64,000 nt of DNA from Candidatus Omnitrophota bacterium (GTDB taxonomy: Bacteria; Omnitrophota; Gorgyraeia; Zapsychrales; Fredricksoniimonadaceae). Both the position numbers and the translations under genes were made by a program. Where the stretch lies: assembly GCA_903836515.1 (NCBI GenBank), contig CAILQW010000051.1, positions 7,640 through 71,639 on the forward strand. The letters run 5' to 3'. Under the pieces are notes generated by a model. That model was not told the origin of the DNA and searched no databases. It saw only the letters and a list, made by a program, of their open reading frames with translations. This document shows positions 17,112-27,652 of the stretch, piece by piece; position 1 is the first letter of the stretch; every line of letters starts with the position of its first letter.

Positions 17112-17975
17112 ATGTTGACGGGCAATATTCTTATATTCATTATTTTTGCGGTGGTGTTCTTTCTTTCGGGGATCAGGATCGTTCGTCCGACATACCGAGG
17201 CGTCGTCGAGCGCCTGGGAAAGTATAACCGTTTCGTGGTTCCCGGATTCAACTGGGTTATCCCGATCGTTGAGAATATTTATCTTGTCAACATCACCGAA
17301 GCCCTGGTCGAGGCCAATCCCCAGGAAATCATCACCTTTGACAACCTCAATGCCCGGGTCGATGCCCAGGTGTATTTCAAGATTCGTCCCGACGAGATAA
17401 GCGTCAAGAATTCCCTGTATAATGTCCAGTCCTGCCAGTACCAGATCGTTAACCTGGCCCGGACGACCCTGCGCAATATCATCGGCACCATGACCCTCAA
17501 GTCAGCCAACAGCGAGCGCGGCAAGATCAACGCGGATCTCCTGGCGGTCCTCCTGCGCGAGACCAAGGAATGGGGCATCGAGATCGTCCGCACGGAACTC
17601 AAGGAAATCGATCCGCCCAAGGATGTGCAGGAGACCATGAACAAGGTCGTCAAGGCCGAGAACGAGAAGGTCGCGGCGGTAGACTTTGCCACGGCCCGTG
17701 AAACGGTGGCGGACGGGGAAAAGCGTGCGGAGATCAAGCGCGCCGAAGGGATCAAACAGGCCAAGATCCTGGCCGCTGAGGGTGAATCCGAGGCGATCCG
17801 CCTTGTTAACGAAGCGGCAGAACGCTATTTCGTCGGCAATGCCCAGCTGCTGCGCCGTATCCAGGCGGTGGAGAATTCCCTTCAGAACAATACCAAGATC
17901 GTGGTGCCTCCGGGTAGTGACCTGGTGAATGTTATCGGCGATATGGCCGGGATTGCGCCGATTAAAATAAAATAA
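17112..17975 (+). CDS. SPFH/band-7 (stomatin/prohibitin-like) membrane protein
   Basis: N-terminal TM then IVRPTYRGVVERLGKY...FDNLNARVDAQVYFKI, an SPFH domain; Ala/Glu-rich coiled C-terminus. Confidence 0.8.
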   Translation: MLTGNILIFIIFAVVFFLSGIRIVRPTYRGVVERLGKYNRFVVPGFNWVIPIVENIYLVNITEALVEANPQEIITFDNLNARVDAQVYFKIRPDEISVKNSLYNVQSCQYQIVNLARTTLRNIIGTMTLKSANSERGKINADLLAVLLRETKEWGIEIVRTELKEIDPPKDVQETMNKVVKAENEKVAAVDFATARETVADGEKRAEIKRAEGIKQAKILAAEGESEAIRLVNEAAERYFVGNAQLLRRIQAVENSLQNNTKIVVPPGSDLVNVIGDMAGIAPIKIK

Positions 17976-18008
17976 CAAAGTTACGTAGACGAAAGGGGGT
18001 GAATAATA

Positions 18009-18278
18009 ATGGCCAAGAAAGTTGCTAAGGTGGGCGTCAAGAAGGAAAAGGGTTTCCTTTACTTCATTGACAAGGATGGCGACGTTTCCTGCGCGGCGAT
18101 GGCCCGTGGCGACAAGAAGGGCGGTAAGCCCAAGAAGGTTGCCAAGGTCGGCATCAAGAAGGAAGCCGGTTTCTTGTATTTTATCGACAAACAGGGTGAT
18201 ATCTCTTCCGCTGCCATGGTGAAGGGCGGCAAGAAGAAGAAGGCGGCGAAGAAGGTGGCGAAGAAGGGCAAGAAGTAA
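18009..18278 (+). CDS. lysine-rich small protein with internal tandem duplication (unknown function)
   Basis: two ~40-aa modules KVAKVG[VI]KKE.GFLYFIDK.GD[VI]S.AAM..G.KK and a poly-Lys tail; strong RBS aaagggggtg upstream; terminator downstream. Confidence 0.55.
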   Translation: MAKKVAKVGVKKEKGFLYFIDKDGDVSCAAMARGDKKGGKPKKVAKVGIKKEAGFLYFIDKQGDISSAAMVKGGKKKKAAKKVAKKGKK

Positions 18279-18341
18279 GGCGCTTGCGGCCCATGGCCGT
18301 GATGCACGCTTCTTGAAATTCGGCATCTGAATTGTTGCGGT

Positions 18342-18386
18342 ATAACCCCTGTCGTCAGCGTTTGACGGCAGGGGTTATATTTTTTC
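18342..18386 (+). terminator. rho-independent terminator
   Basis: stem ataacccctgtcgtc / gacggcaggggttat followed by attttttcc. Confidence 0.7.
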
Positions 18387-18601
18387 CCGCATTTTGCAAT
18401 AGGAGCAGATGAACGCGGGATAACCCCGGCTTTTCTGGACGAGAAAAGATATGGAAGCCGACGATTTTGCATCCGCATCATTTTGTGCGCAGGGATTTGT
18501 CGATAAAATGATGCTACTGTAAAATCTGGGTTTATGAATTTTTTGTAATTTTGAGGTACAATATACTACAAAGAGGCATAACGTAAGGGATAGCGCATTA
18601 T

Positions 18602-21391
18602 ATGCAACTGCAAAATATCGTCATCAAGAATGCCAGGGAACATAATCTCAAGAATATTTCCCTGGAACTGCCGCGCAATAAATTTATCGTCATCACAGGG
18701 TTGAGCGGCTCGGGGAAGTCGTCCTTGGCCTTTGATACGATTTATGCGGAAGGTCAGCGGCGTTATGTCGAGAGCCTTTCTGCCTATGCCCGTCAATTCC
18801 TTGACCAGGTCCAGAAGCCCGATGTCGAGTCCATCGATGGCCTGAGTCCTACCATTTCCATCGAACAAAAGACCATCAGCCGCAACCCCCGTTCCACGGT
18901 TGCCACCCAGACTGAAATTTACGATTACCTGCGGCTTCTGTTCGCGCGTATCGGGGTCCCGTACTACAAGGGGCAGAAACTGGTCAAGCAGTCCGCGCAG
19001 GAAATGGTTGAGCGGATCCTGCGCCTTCCTGAAGGGACCAGGATCAATGTCCTGGCTCCGTACGTCCGCGGCAAAAAGGGAACCTACCCGCATATCGGCA
19101 AGGAAGTCGCAAAGGCCGGTTTTGCCCGGTTGCGCGTGGATGGGCGTATGTATGATGCCGGTGAAAAGATCAAATTTGACCGTTACAAGGTTCACTCCGT
19201 CGAGATCGTGGTGGACCGCCTGGGGGTCAGGCCTGATGTGAAATCGCGACTGACGGATTCGGTCGAGACAGCGCTCAAGGTCGGCAAGGGGTTTCTGGTC
19301 GTCGGGTTTGCCGACGGGAAGCCGGATCTGTTCTTGAGCGAAAGTTTTTCAGTGCCCGATGAGGGCATTGATCTTCCGGAACTTGAGCCCAGGACCTTCT
19401 CGTTTAATTCTCCTTACGGGGCCTGCCCGGCATGCAACGGCATCGGGACCCGGATGGAGATTGACGTTGAGACACTGGTCGCTGCTCCGGACAAACCCTG
19501 GGTGTCTGCCATTGTTCCCTGGCGCAAGGGCCAGCGGGGGTACATGATGTATTACCGTGCGGTGTTGCGCGAGCTTGCGCAGCTTTATGACATTGATGCC
19601 GCCATGCCGTTTGACAAACTGCCGCGGGATTTCAGAAAGAGGGTTCTTTTTGGCAGCGATGACATTATCTGGGGCAAGAAATTTGAGGGGGTGACGGGGT
19701 ATTTACAGCGCCTTTTCCGGGAGACCGACAGCGACTGGCTCAAGGAGGAGATCGCGAAGTTCATGTCCGAGGCGCCTTGTCCGGCGTGCGGCGGCCTGCG
19801 CCTGCGGCCCGAGGCCCTGATGGTGCTGGTGGGCGGGAAGAATATCGCCGAAACGGTGCGCCTGTCCATCCAGGATGCGCGGGAGTTTTTTCTCGGGCTT
19901 CAGCTGGAAGGCGGGGAACGCGCCATTGCCGCGCCCATTCTCAAGGAAGTCATCCGCCGGCTGGATTTCTGCATCAATGTGGGGCTCGATTACCTGACGC
20001 TTGACCGGAAAAGTTCGACGCTCTCGGGCGGCGAGGCGGAGCGCATCCGTCTGGCGACCCAGGTGGGTTCCGGGCTTGTGGGAGTTGTGTATGTCCTTGA
20101 TGAACCCTCCATTGGCCTGCACCAGAAGGATAATGCGCGGCTCCTGGCGAGCCTGCGGGCCTTGAGGGATCTGGGCAATACCCTTATTGTTGTCGAGCAT
20201 GACGAGGATACGATCCGCAGTGCCGACTGGCTGGTGGATCTTGGTCCTGGGGCCGGACGGTTTGGCGGAGAGATCATGTATGCCGGTCCGGTTGACGGTA
20301 TTGCGGCAGCACCTGCTTCCCTGACGGGACGCTACCTTAAAGGCGAACTCGGCATCCCGGTGCCGCTCAAGCGCCGCGAGGCGCCGCGCCAGGCCATGAT
20401 CCGTTTGAAGGGCATCACGGAGCATAACCTCAAGAATATCGATGTCGATATTCCTCTGGGTGTTTTTGTGTGCGTCACAGGTGTTTCCGGGTCGGGGAAG
20501 TCAACGCTGGTTTATGATGTCTTGTACAAAGCCCTGGCGCGTAAACTTTACGCCTCCCGCGAGAAAGCCGGTGCGTACGCGAAACTCGAGGGGCTTGGCC
20601 ATATCGATAAAGTCATTGTGGTCGATCAGTCTCCCATCGGCCGGACACCCCGTTCGAATCCCGCCACGTATACCGGTGTGTTTACGGATGTCCGTTCTTT
20701 ATTTGCCGGTCTTCCGGAATCGCGGTTGAGGGGCTATGGCCCCGGGCGGTTCAGCTTTAATGTCAAGGGCGGACGCTGCGAAGCGTGCCAGGGCGACGGG
20801 GTCAAGGAGATCGAGATGCATTTCCTGCCCGATGTGCACGTCGAGTGTGAAGTCTGTCATGGGGGCAGGTTTAACGAACAAACCCTTCAGGTTGAATACA
20901 AGGGCAGGAATATCAGCCAGACGCTGGATATGTCGATCGTGGAGGCGCTTGATGCCTTTGGGAATATCCCGCGTGTCAGCCGTGTCCTGGGGGTGATCAA
21001 CGATGTCGGGCTGGGGTACGTCAAGCTGGGGCAGTCGGCCACGACCTTGTCCGGCGGCGAGGCCCAGCGTGTCAAACTGGCGGCGGAACTTTGCAAGCCA
21101 TCGACAGGCCGGACCCTTTACATTCTCGATGAGCCGACGACCGGCCTCCATTTTGCCGATGTCGAGAAACTCCTGGGCGTCCTTCAGCAGCTGGTGGACA
21201 AGGGTAACACCGTGCTTGTCATCGAGCATAATCTCGAGGTCATCAAGTCCGCCGACCATATCATCGATCTGGGGCCGGACGGCGGCGATCGCGGGGGATC
21301 CGTGGTGTTTTCCGGGACACCTGAGAACCTGGCCCGGCATCCTTCTTCCTATACAGGTGAGTATCTGCGTCACTGCCTGCATCGTTCGTGA
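18602..21391 (+). CDS. uvrA: excinuclease ABC subunit A
   Basis: 929 aa; two ABC modules ([23 protein letters not shown]; [11 protein letters not shown]); Zn-finger Cys clusters. Confidence 0.95.
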   Translation: MQLQNIVIKNAREHNLKNISLELPRNKFIVITGLSGSGKSSLAFDTIYAEGQRRYVESLSAYARQFLDQVQKPDVESIDGLSPTISIEQKTISRNPRSTVATQTEIYDYLRLLFARIGVPYYKGQKLVKQSAQEMVERILRLPEGTRINVLAPYVRGKKGTYPHIGKEVAKAGFARLRVDGRMYDAGEKIKFDRYKVHSVEIVVDRLGVRPDVKSRLTDSVETALKVGKGFLVVGFADGKPDLFLSESFSVPDEGIDLPELEPRTFSFNSPYGACPACNGIGTRMEIDVETLVAAPDKPWVSAIVPWRKGQRGYMMYYRAVLRELAQLYDIDAAMPFDKLPRDFRKRVLFGSDDIIWGKKFEGVTGYLQRLFRETDSDWLKEEIAKFMSEAPCPACGGLRLRPEALMVLVGGKNIAETVRLSIQDAREFFLGLQLEGGERAIAAPILKEVIRRLDFCINVGLDYLTLDRKSSTLSGGEAERIRLATQVGSGLVGVVYVLDEPSIGLHQKDNARLLASLRALRDLGNTLIVVEHDEDTIRSADWLVDLGPGAGRFGGEIMYAGPVDGIAAAPASLTGRYLKGELGIPVPLKRREAPRQAMIRLKGITEHNLKNIDVDIPLGVFVCVTGVSGSGKSTLVYDVLYKALARKLYASREKAGAYAKLEGLGHIDKVIVVDQSPIGRTPRSNPATYTGVFTDVRSLFAGLPESRLRGYGPGRFSFNVKGGRCEACQGDGVKEIEMHFLPDVHVECEVCHGGRFNEQTLQVEYKGRNISQTLDMSIVEALDAFGNIPRVSRVLGVINDVGLGYVKLGQSATTLSGGEAQRVKLAAELCKPSTGRTLYILDEPTTGLHFADVEKLLGVLQQLVDKGNTVLVIEHNLEVIKSADHIIDLGPDGGDRGGSVVFSGTPENLARHPSSYTGEYLRHCLHRS

Positions 21392-21446
21392 AAAAATTCT
21401 TCTGATTTTCCCTGAAACGGCGGGATTTTTGATACAATATCCTGTT

Positions 21447-23930
21447 ATGAAAATAAAATTCCAGTCATTCTTTTTATCAGGCGCGCTGTTCTGTGCGTTA
21501 TGTTATCCATTGCCCTCTTCCTGGGCCGCGGGATCGAATGAAAAAGAACTTTTCATTGTGGCCCAGCGCGCGTTCGAGGATGGATTTTACGATGTGTCCC
21601 TGCGTTATGTGAACCAGCTTTTGGCTGAATTTCCAACCACGACAAAGGTGGTTGAAGCCAGGCTGCTGGAGGGGCAGTGCTATTTTTTCAAGAAACAATA
21701 TGTCAAAGCCTTTGCGGTGTTCAAGGAGCTTGTTGCCCACGGTGAATACAGGGATGCGTCTCTTTTCTGGCTGGGTGAAACCTACCTGAAAGGGGGGGAT
21801 GTTGCCAAGGCGCGGGAACAGTACCGTCAGGTCATTGATGTGTTCCCCTCGTCGCTGTACGCCCCTCAGGCGTATTATTCCCTGGCATGGTGTTATTTTC
21901 AAAAGGGGGATTATCCATCTGCCCGCAAGATGTTCCAGGCCTTGATCGACAAGTTCCCCTCCAATAATCTCTCCGAGGACGCGGCCTTCAAGCTGGGCGA
22001 ATGCGATTACAATGCCGCTCAGTATGAAGGGGCGGTCTACCTTTTCAACAAGTACATCGACGGGCATCCCAGGTCGCCGCGCCTGTATGAAGCCCAGTTC
22101 AACGTGGCTGAGGCTTTTTACAATCTCGAGCAGTATGACAAGGCGCTCGACGCTTATCAGAAGGCCAGGGGCATGACCAAGGAGCCGCCAGCTTTGGTGG
22201 CGTCTTTGGTGGGGACCGGCTGGTGCCAGATCAAGCTTCAAAAATATGCCGATGCGCTCAAATCGTTCGATGAGGCCGATGCGGCGGCCCGCGCGGCAAA
22301 AATCCCCGGTGAAGATATCCTGCTGGGGAAGGCAAACCTTTTCATGGCCCAGGAGAAATTCAAGGACGCCGAGGCGAGTTATACGGAACTGTTGACCCGC
22401 TTCCCGGCCAGCCCCCGTTTGGGGGAAACCTATCTTGGCCGTGCGAACGCCTGTTACCTGGCCAATAATTTTCCCGGTGCGGTCGGTGATTATGCCAAGG
22501 TCATTGCGCTTTATGCCGCTGTGGCCGGCCAGGAAAAGGTCATCGAGAAAGCCAGGTTCGGCCTGGCGTGGACCTATTTGAAGAGCGGCGACCTGCAGAA
22601 TGCCGTGGCCATGTTCCAGGCCGTGGCTGACAATACGGATGATAAAATGGTCAAGGTCAGTGCTGTCACCCAGATCGCGGATGCGTACCAGCAAGCCGGC
22701 GAGATGGACAAGGCCGTCGCGGTGTATGACAGGATACTCAGGGAAATGCCCGATTCGCCCTACGGTGATCATGTGCAGTATCGTCTGGGCATATCTCTGC
22801 TTAAGTCCGGGAAGATCGATCCGGCCATTTTTGCTTTTCAGGCCCTCAAGGCCAATTATCCCAGGAGCAAGTATATTGCCGAGTCGCGGTATTATTTAGG
22901 GATGGCCTATTTTCGCAAGAAAGACTGGTCTTCGGCCGTGGAAGGCCTCACGGCGTTTGTGCTGGGGACGCCGCCCTCAGATGAGTTCGCGCCGGAGTCA
23001 CGTTATATTTTGGCGCTGGCCCAGTTCAATCTGCACCACTTTGACAAGGCGGTGGCCGCGTTCAATGAGATCCTCAGGCTTTATCAGGATCGTCCCCAGG
23101 TCCTGCAGAACGCACAGGTTGGTCTGGCAAAGACGTATCATGCCATGGGGGACACCAAAGAAGCGTTGAAACGTTTCAAGGATATTGTCTATCGCTACCC
23201 CAGGACCGAAGCGGAAATCGAGGGGCTGTTATGGGTCGGTCAGTACAATATGGCCGATGGCCTTTACCAGCGCGCGGCAGAACTTTACGCCCAGGGGTTG
23301 GCGGATCTGCCCGACACCTCTAACAAAGGACTTTTGCATTTTGAGCTTGGCCGTGCCTGCCAGGCGCTCGACAAGCTCGACAAAGCCCTTGAACAATTCC
23401 GTCAGGTTGACCCCAAAACAGACCCCGTCTTGTATCCCAGGGCGAAGCTGGCCATTGCCGGGATTTTTTCCAAGGAACTTGATACAGGCAAGGCGGTGGA
23501 TACCTACCGCGGGATCATCGCGACAAGCCCCGAGTTCAAGCGTGATGCGCTCATGAAGATCGCCCAGATATACCGCCGCGAAAACAGGTCCAGGGATGAA
23601 CTGCAGTCGTATAAGGATGCCCTTGAGGCTGATAAAGGGGATAGTGCCGTGACCAGTGCGCAGATCCAGTTTTCTGTGGGGGATGCGTATGAAGTGCTCA
23701 ATGATCCGGACCGGGCTGTCGAGGCGTATTTCAAGGTGCCCTATCTTTACGTCAAGGATACACCATGGGTGATCAAGGCGTATCTGCGTATTGCCAGGAT
23801 TTATGAGAACAAGGAGGATTGGGACAAGGCCATGGCCGCTTACAAGAAGGTGGCGGATATGGATGTGGAAGAAAGCAAATTCGCCAACGAGCGCATGGCT
23901 TCGATCGACACTCACCGCGACAAGAAATAA
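21447..23930 (+). CDS. secreted TPR-repeat protein
   Basis: MKIKFQSFFLSGALFCALC signal peptide; numerous TPR-like Y/A/W repeats; the ORF call from 21003 overlaps uvrA and is an upstream artefact. Confidence 0.7.
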   Translation: MKIKFQSFFLSGALFCALCYPLPSSWAAGSNEKELFIVAQRAFEDGFYDVSLRYVNQLLAEFPTTTKVVEARLLEGQCYFFKKQYVKAFAVFKELVAHGEYRDASLFWLGETYLKGGDVAKAREQYRQVIDVFPSSLYAPQAYYSLAWCYFQKGDYPSARKMFQALIDKFPSNNLSEDAAFKLGECDYNAAQYEGAVYLFNKYIDGHPRSPRLYEAQFNVAEAFYNLEQYDKALDAYQKARGMTKEPPALVASLVGTGWCQIKLQKYADALKSFDEADAAARAAKIPGEDILLGKANLFMAQEKFKDAEASYTELLTRFPASPRLGETYLGRANACYLANNFPGAVGDYAKVIALYAAVAGQEKVIEKARFGLAWTYLKSGDLQNAVAMFQAVADNTDDKMVKVSAVTQIADAYQQAGEMDKAVAVYDRILREMPDSPYGDHVQYRLGISLLKSGKIDPAIFAFQALKANYPRSKYIAESRYYLGMAYFRKKDWSSAVEGLTAFVLGTPPSDEFAPESRYILALAQFNLHHFDKAVAAFNEILRLYQDRPQVLQNAQVGLAKTYHAMGDTKEALKRFKDIVYRYPRTEAEIEGLLWVGQYNMADGLYQRAAELYAQGLADLPDTSNKGLLHFELGRACQALDKLDKALEQFRQVDPKTDPVLYPRAKLAIAGIFSKELDTGKAVDTYRGIIATSPEFKRDALMKIAQIYRRENRSRDELQSYKDALEADKGDSAVTSAQIQFSVGDAYEVLNDPDRAVEAYFKVPYLYVKDTPWVIKAYLRIARIYENKEDWDKAMAAYKKVADMDVEESKFANERMASIDTHRDKK

Positions 23931-23949
23931 CAGCCAAGAGGTTGGGGGC

Positions 23950-24621
23950 ATGATCAATACAGTTGCGCCGATAACAGCCTGGCAGGTATTCCTGGCAGGC
24001 GGGCCTGTGATGGGGCCGATCCTTTTGTGTTCCGTAGGCGCCATGGCGCTGGTGATGGAAAGATTTCTTTTTTTGTCGAAAGTGGATGAGGATATGCCCG
24101 TGTTCGCCCGCGAGGTTGTGGCCTGTGTGCGGCGAAATGATATCAAGGGCGCGGTGGCTGCCTGTGATGGGCGGGGGGCTCCGCTGGCAGGAATATTCAG
24201 GTCAGGGCTTTTGCGTTTTGGTGACCCTGCTGCCGACATCACAGCCGCCATGGAAGATGCCGCGTGCCGTCAGGTCCAGGTTATTTCCAAAGGACTCGAT
24301 CTTTTGGCGTTGATTGCCCGGATCGCGCCTTTACTGGGCCTGTTGGGAACAGTTATTGGCCTGTGCGGGGTTTTACATATGGTCCAGGTCCGTGCGGCGG
24401 CGGTGAATCCTGCCGGGTTCACGGATATTGCTGCGGGACTGTGGTCGTCGCTGATCACAACAGCCGCAGGTTTGTCCGTCGGCATTCCGGTGATGGCTGC
24501 GTGCCAATATTTCATGAAGAAGCTTGATTGTACTGTGGGACACATGGAGCGTTTAGCGACGGACCTGGTGCGCGCAATGACGGATGTCATTGATGTGCCG
24601 GCAGCGGGGCCGGGGGAATAA
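23950..24621 (+). CDS. MotA/TolQ/ExbB-family proton channel
   Basis: three TM segments; IAPLLGLLGTVIGL...LITTAAGLSVGIPV matches the TolQ/ExbB core. Confidence 0.8.
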   Translation: MINTVAPITAWQVFLAGGPVMGPILLCSVGAMALVMERFLFLSKVDEDMPVFAREVVACVRRNDIKGAVAACDGRGAPLAGIFRSGLLRFGDPAADITAAMEDAACRQVQVISKGLDLLALIARIAPLLGLLGTVIGLCGVLHMVQVRAAAVNPAGFTDIAAGLWSSLITTAAGLSVGIPVMAACQYFMKKLDCTVGHMERLATDLVRAMTDVIDVPAAGPGE

Positions 24622-24624
24622 CGT

Positions 24625-25023
24625 ATGGATTTTCGCAAGCACCTTAAGGCTGTTCCGCCGCAGTTTGATATTGTGCCCTTTGGGAACGTTTTTTTTCTTG
24701 TGGCGGTGTTCTTTCTGCTTGCGTTTTTTTTCTCAGGGTCAGGATCTTTGAGTGTTGCCGTACCCAAATGGGTGACAAGCGATATGGCCGCTCCCGCTGA
24801 CCTGACGATCATCGTGACAAGTGAGAATATCATGTATGTGAACAAGAAGCTGACAACGCTCAGGGAACTTAAAGATCTTTTGGTCCCTCTTGCCGGCAGT
24901 CCCAGCGCCATCCTGATCAAGGCGGATCACAGGGCGTCGGTGGGGTGTATTGTGGACATCTGGAATCTCGGCCGCAGCATGGGGATCGGACGCATCAACA
25001 TGGCCACAGACCGGGAGGAATAG
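24625..25023 (+). CDS. ExbD/TolR-family biopolymer transport protein
   Basis: 132 aa; single TM (PFGNVFFLVAVFFLLAFFF) plus a periplasmic ExbD-like domain. Confidence 0.8.
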   Translation: MDFRKHLKAVPPQFDIVPFGNVFFLVAVFFLLAFFFSGSGSLSVAVPKWVTSDMAAPADLTIIVTSENIMYVNKKLTTLRELKDLLVPLAGSPSAILIKADHRASVGCIVDIWNLGRSMGIGRINMATDREE

Positions 25024-25028
25024 CCGGT

Positions 25029-25445
25029 ATGAGGTTGCACGCGCCATTAGCCGTGGTCGTATCCGCCGTTGTTGCCCATGCCTTGATCCTGGCGTGTGTG
25101 GTCGTGACGCTCCGGGGAACTCCGGATATGTACAAGCTCAGTATTACTTTTTGGGGGAATATCCTCAGGCCTCAGGAAGTCTCTCCGTTGATGTTCGCGG
25201 ATGCGAGTCTTTCAGGAGAAGAAGATATCCCGGATTTACCTGTGCAGGGCCCTGGTCCCGGTGAGTGGCTGCAGGCCATTCAGGTTGAAAAGCCGGAGCT
25301 TTTTTATAATATCCCGGTGCGTCAGGACTCGGCCATTCCACGTTTTTCAGGTGAACGTGTTTTTCCCGTCGATGCGGATATGCCGGCAGGTAGCGTTGAT
25401 CTTCCGCCGGGAGCGTCGGTGGATCTTCATTTGAGGGCGCCATGA
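25029..25445 (+). CDS. membrane-anchored hypothetical protein (possible TonB/TolA-position partner)
   Basis: N-terminal TM then Pro/Asp-rich segment; lies where tolA/tonB would sit, but there is no recognisable TonB C-terminal domain. Confidence 0.35.
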   Translation: MRLHAPLAVVVSAVVAHALILACVVVTLRGTPDMYKLSITFWGNILRPQEVSPLMFADASLSGEEDIPDLPVQGPGPGEWLQAIQVEKPELFYNIPVRQDSAIPRFSGERVFPVDADMPAGSVDLPPGASVDLHLRAP

Positions 25446-25678
25446 TGGGGATCGATATGGCGATGGCTGCGGCGATCTACATGTCGATGGTCCTTGTGGC
25501 GATCGGGGCGATGTGGTGGCGTTCCCCGGACAACGGTCCTCGGGGGGAAGATGCTGTTACCGCAGCGCAAATCCGCCAGTGCCCTTATTGTGCGCATGTG
25601 ATCATTAATCCCGCGAAGTTGGAAATCATCCGCTGTCCTGTGTGCCAGAGTTATATGGAGGAAGAACGTCATGCCTAG
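25442..25678 (+). CDS. small membrane protein with C-terminal zinc ribbon
   Basis: TM helix + CPYC...CPVC. Confidence 0.4.
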   Translation: MMGIDMAMAAAIYMSMVLVAIGAMWWRSPDNGPRGEDAVTAAQIRQCPYCAHVIINPAKLEIIRCPVCQSYMEEERHA

Positions 25679-25997
25679 AGTAAAGATTGTCAGGGACCGC
25701 GGGATGATTCTTCTGACGGTCATTGCCGCCATCATGATCATGTCGATTTTGGTCCTCGGCATCCTTTCACGCAATGTGTCACGCGCGATGGTTTCAGAGG
25801 ATGAATTCAAGCGGAGCCAGGCAGCGCTGCTGGCGAAGGGTGCGGCGTGGCGGGGGTATGCGGCCTATGCCGGTGGTGGAGCTCCGGTTGACTTTTCATA
25901 TAAAGTGGATGGTGTCACATATACGGTTAATTATACCCAAACGCCTGGCGCAGGTCCCGACGGGACAACGGGATTTACGGTGAATGTCGGGTATTGA
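25671..25997 (+). CDS. hypothetical protein, possibly GspK-like minor pseudopilin
   Basis: RGMILLTVIAAIMIMSILVLG hydrophobic N-terminus without the conserved Glu5; weak call. Confidence 0.3.
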   Translation: MPRVKIVRDRGMILLTVIAAIMIMSILVLGILSRNVSRAMVSEDEFKRSQAALLAKGAAWRGYAAYAGGGAPVDFSYKVDGVTYTVNYTQTPGAGPDGTTGFTVNVGY

Positions 25998-26068
25998 TCC
26001 CGAATTTTCGGGAAACATTTTGACAAACGGCTTGAGGGACGGTCTAATGGTAGTCATGGGGATCATGC

Positions 26069-27652
26069 ATGGCCAGTCATAAACGTTTAGGCATTCACTG
26101 GGGAGAGCGGGGGTTCACCCTGGTCGAGGTCGTTCACGGCGTCCCTGCTGTGAGCGCGTTCGTTCCTTTTCCGCAGGCGTTGGGGGAAGGTGTTCTCAAT
26201 ACATCGGGGGTTTCCAAGGAAATACAGATCCTGGAGATCCTGCAGAAGGCTGTCCGGAACAAAGGTTTTTCGACAGTAGACACATCCCTTTCCATCCCTT
26301 CCAAAGACATTGTTATCCGCTGGTTTGTTATCCCGTGGATGAAATCGAGCGAGATCCATAACGTTGTTGCATTTGAAGCCAAGAAATACGTCCCTTTCCC
26401 CATCGAGGAGATGTCGTATACCTATTATCCCACGACCATTGGCACCAATGATCAGCGGCAGATTGGCATTCTTTTCGTGGCTATTCGCAAGAATGTTTTG
26501 GAGCGGTATGCCGGCACCCTGATCCAGTCCGGGATGAACCTGGGCTACAGTGAGCCGGCGCCCATGAGCCTTTTGCGTGCGCTTGTTTTCAGGAAGATCG
26601 TCAATCCGGATCAACTGACCGCGATCGTGCATGTCGATGATCATACCGGCGAGATCCTTATTGCCTCCAAAGGTTATGTCAAGTTCATCCGTGATTTCAA
26701 GATCCAGTCGGGGTCTGTCGACAGCGTGATGACGGGTGTTGCGGATGATGATGTGCTGCGCGCCAGGCTTTTTAACGAGATCCGTATTTCCTTCGAGTTT
26801 TTTTCACGCCAGTACGGGGGGGCCGAGGTTGACAAGATGGTGGTCATCGCCACAGCCCTGCAGAAACGCCTGTGGGACGGTGTCAGTGAAGATACCGGCG
26901 TCAATGTTGATATCGTCGATATCTCGCGCCTCATCGAGCGCGGCGAATCAAATGGTGTGTTTGCCGCCCATGCGTTTGGCGCGGCCATGGCCGGAGAAGT
27001 CAGTTCTGTCATTGATTTCAATCTTTTCGATGGGGCCCAACAGCAGGTGTCCCTCAAGAAAGAGGAAATCGAGCGCAGGAACCGCCAATTGGTATTTCCC
27101 CTCGTGATCGGTGTGCTTATTTTTCTTGTTATCACGGGGATGTACATCGCCAGCGGTATCTTATTCGATCGCATGCGGGCGGATATTGCCGCGCACGAGC
27201 AAAAGATAGGTGTTAACGTGGGGATGGCCCAGGATGAAGCCGATGCCAAGCGCCTGGATGAACAGCAAAAATTGCAGGCCTTGCAGTCGTTGCCGCTCAA
27301 GAGCCGCGTCACGCCCTTGTTGATCCGTCTTGTCAAACGCCTGCCGTCAGGGATGTGGTTTGAAGGGATTGCCCTCACCTTCAAAGATACGCCCGAGAAG
27401 CAGGGGCAGAAAAAAGAAGGGGAGTTGCTTTACAGCCGGATCAGGACAAAAGCGGGAATGATTATTTCCGGGTTTGCTTATCAGAAAGACAACAATACTG
27501 AATTTGAAACAGTCAATAAATTCGTCAATACGCTCAGGAGTGACGATGTGCTGCGTTCGTTCTTTGCGCATATTGATATCACGGCCCTGAAGGTTCAGGA
27601 ATTGAAGAGCAAAAGATTAACGGCGTTTACGATTGTCTGCGAGGGGCAATGA
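26069..27652 (+). CDS. type IV pilus assembly protein PilM-PilN fusion (GspL-like)
   Basis: N-terminal actin-like PilM region (LSIPSKDIVIRWFVIP...AFEAKKYVPFPIEEM...) joined to a TM helix (LVFPLVIGVLIFLVITGMYIASGILF) and a periplasmic PilN-like tail in one 527-aa ORF. Confidence 0.65.
   Translation: MASHKRLGIHWGERGFTLVEVVHGVPAVSAFVPFPQALGEGVLNTSGVSKEIQILEILQKAVRNKGFSTVDTSLSIPSKDIVIRWFVIPWMKSSEIHNVVAFEAKKYVPFPIEEMSYTYYPTTIGTNDQRQIGILFVAIRKNVLERYAGTLIQSGMNLGYSEPAPMSLLRALVFRKIVNPDQLTAIVHVDDHTGEILIASKGYVKFIRDFKIQSGSVDSVMTGVADDDVLRARLFNEIRISFEFFSRQYGGAEVDKMVVIATALQKRLWDGVSEDTGVNVDIVDISRLIERGESNGVFAAHAFGAAMAGEVSSVIDFNLFDGAQQQVSLKKEEIERRNRQLVFPLVIGVLIFLVITGMYIASGILFDRMRADIAAHEQKIGVNVGMAQDEADAKRLDEQQKLQALQSLPLKSRVTPLLIRLVKRLPSGMWFEGIALTFKDTPEKQGQKKEGELLYSRIRTKAGMIISGFAYQKDNNTEFETVNKFVNTLRSDDVLRSFFAHIDITALKVQELKSKRLTAFTIVCEGQ

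Noticed and set aside
21003-21446. The 975-aa ORF call for the TPR protein starting inside uvrA
   Set aside because: The first ~148 codons overlap the UvrA C-terminus in another frame and are Ser/Arg-rich GC-frame artefact. A signal-peptide start MKIKFQSFFL lies at 21447.
25671-25997. Calling this ORF a bona fide pseudopilin
   Set aside because: The hydrophobic N-terminus lacks the G|F(T/S)L(I/L)E prepilin cleavage motif and Glu5. Only a low-confidence GspK-like note is given.
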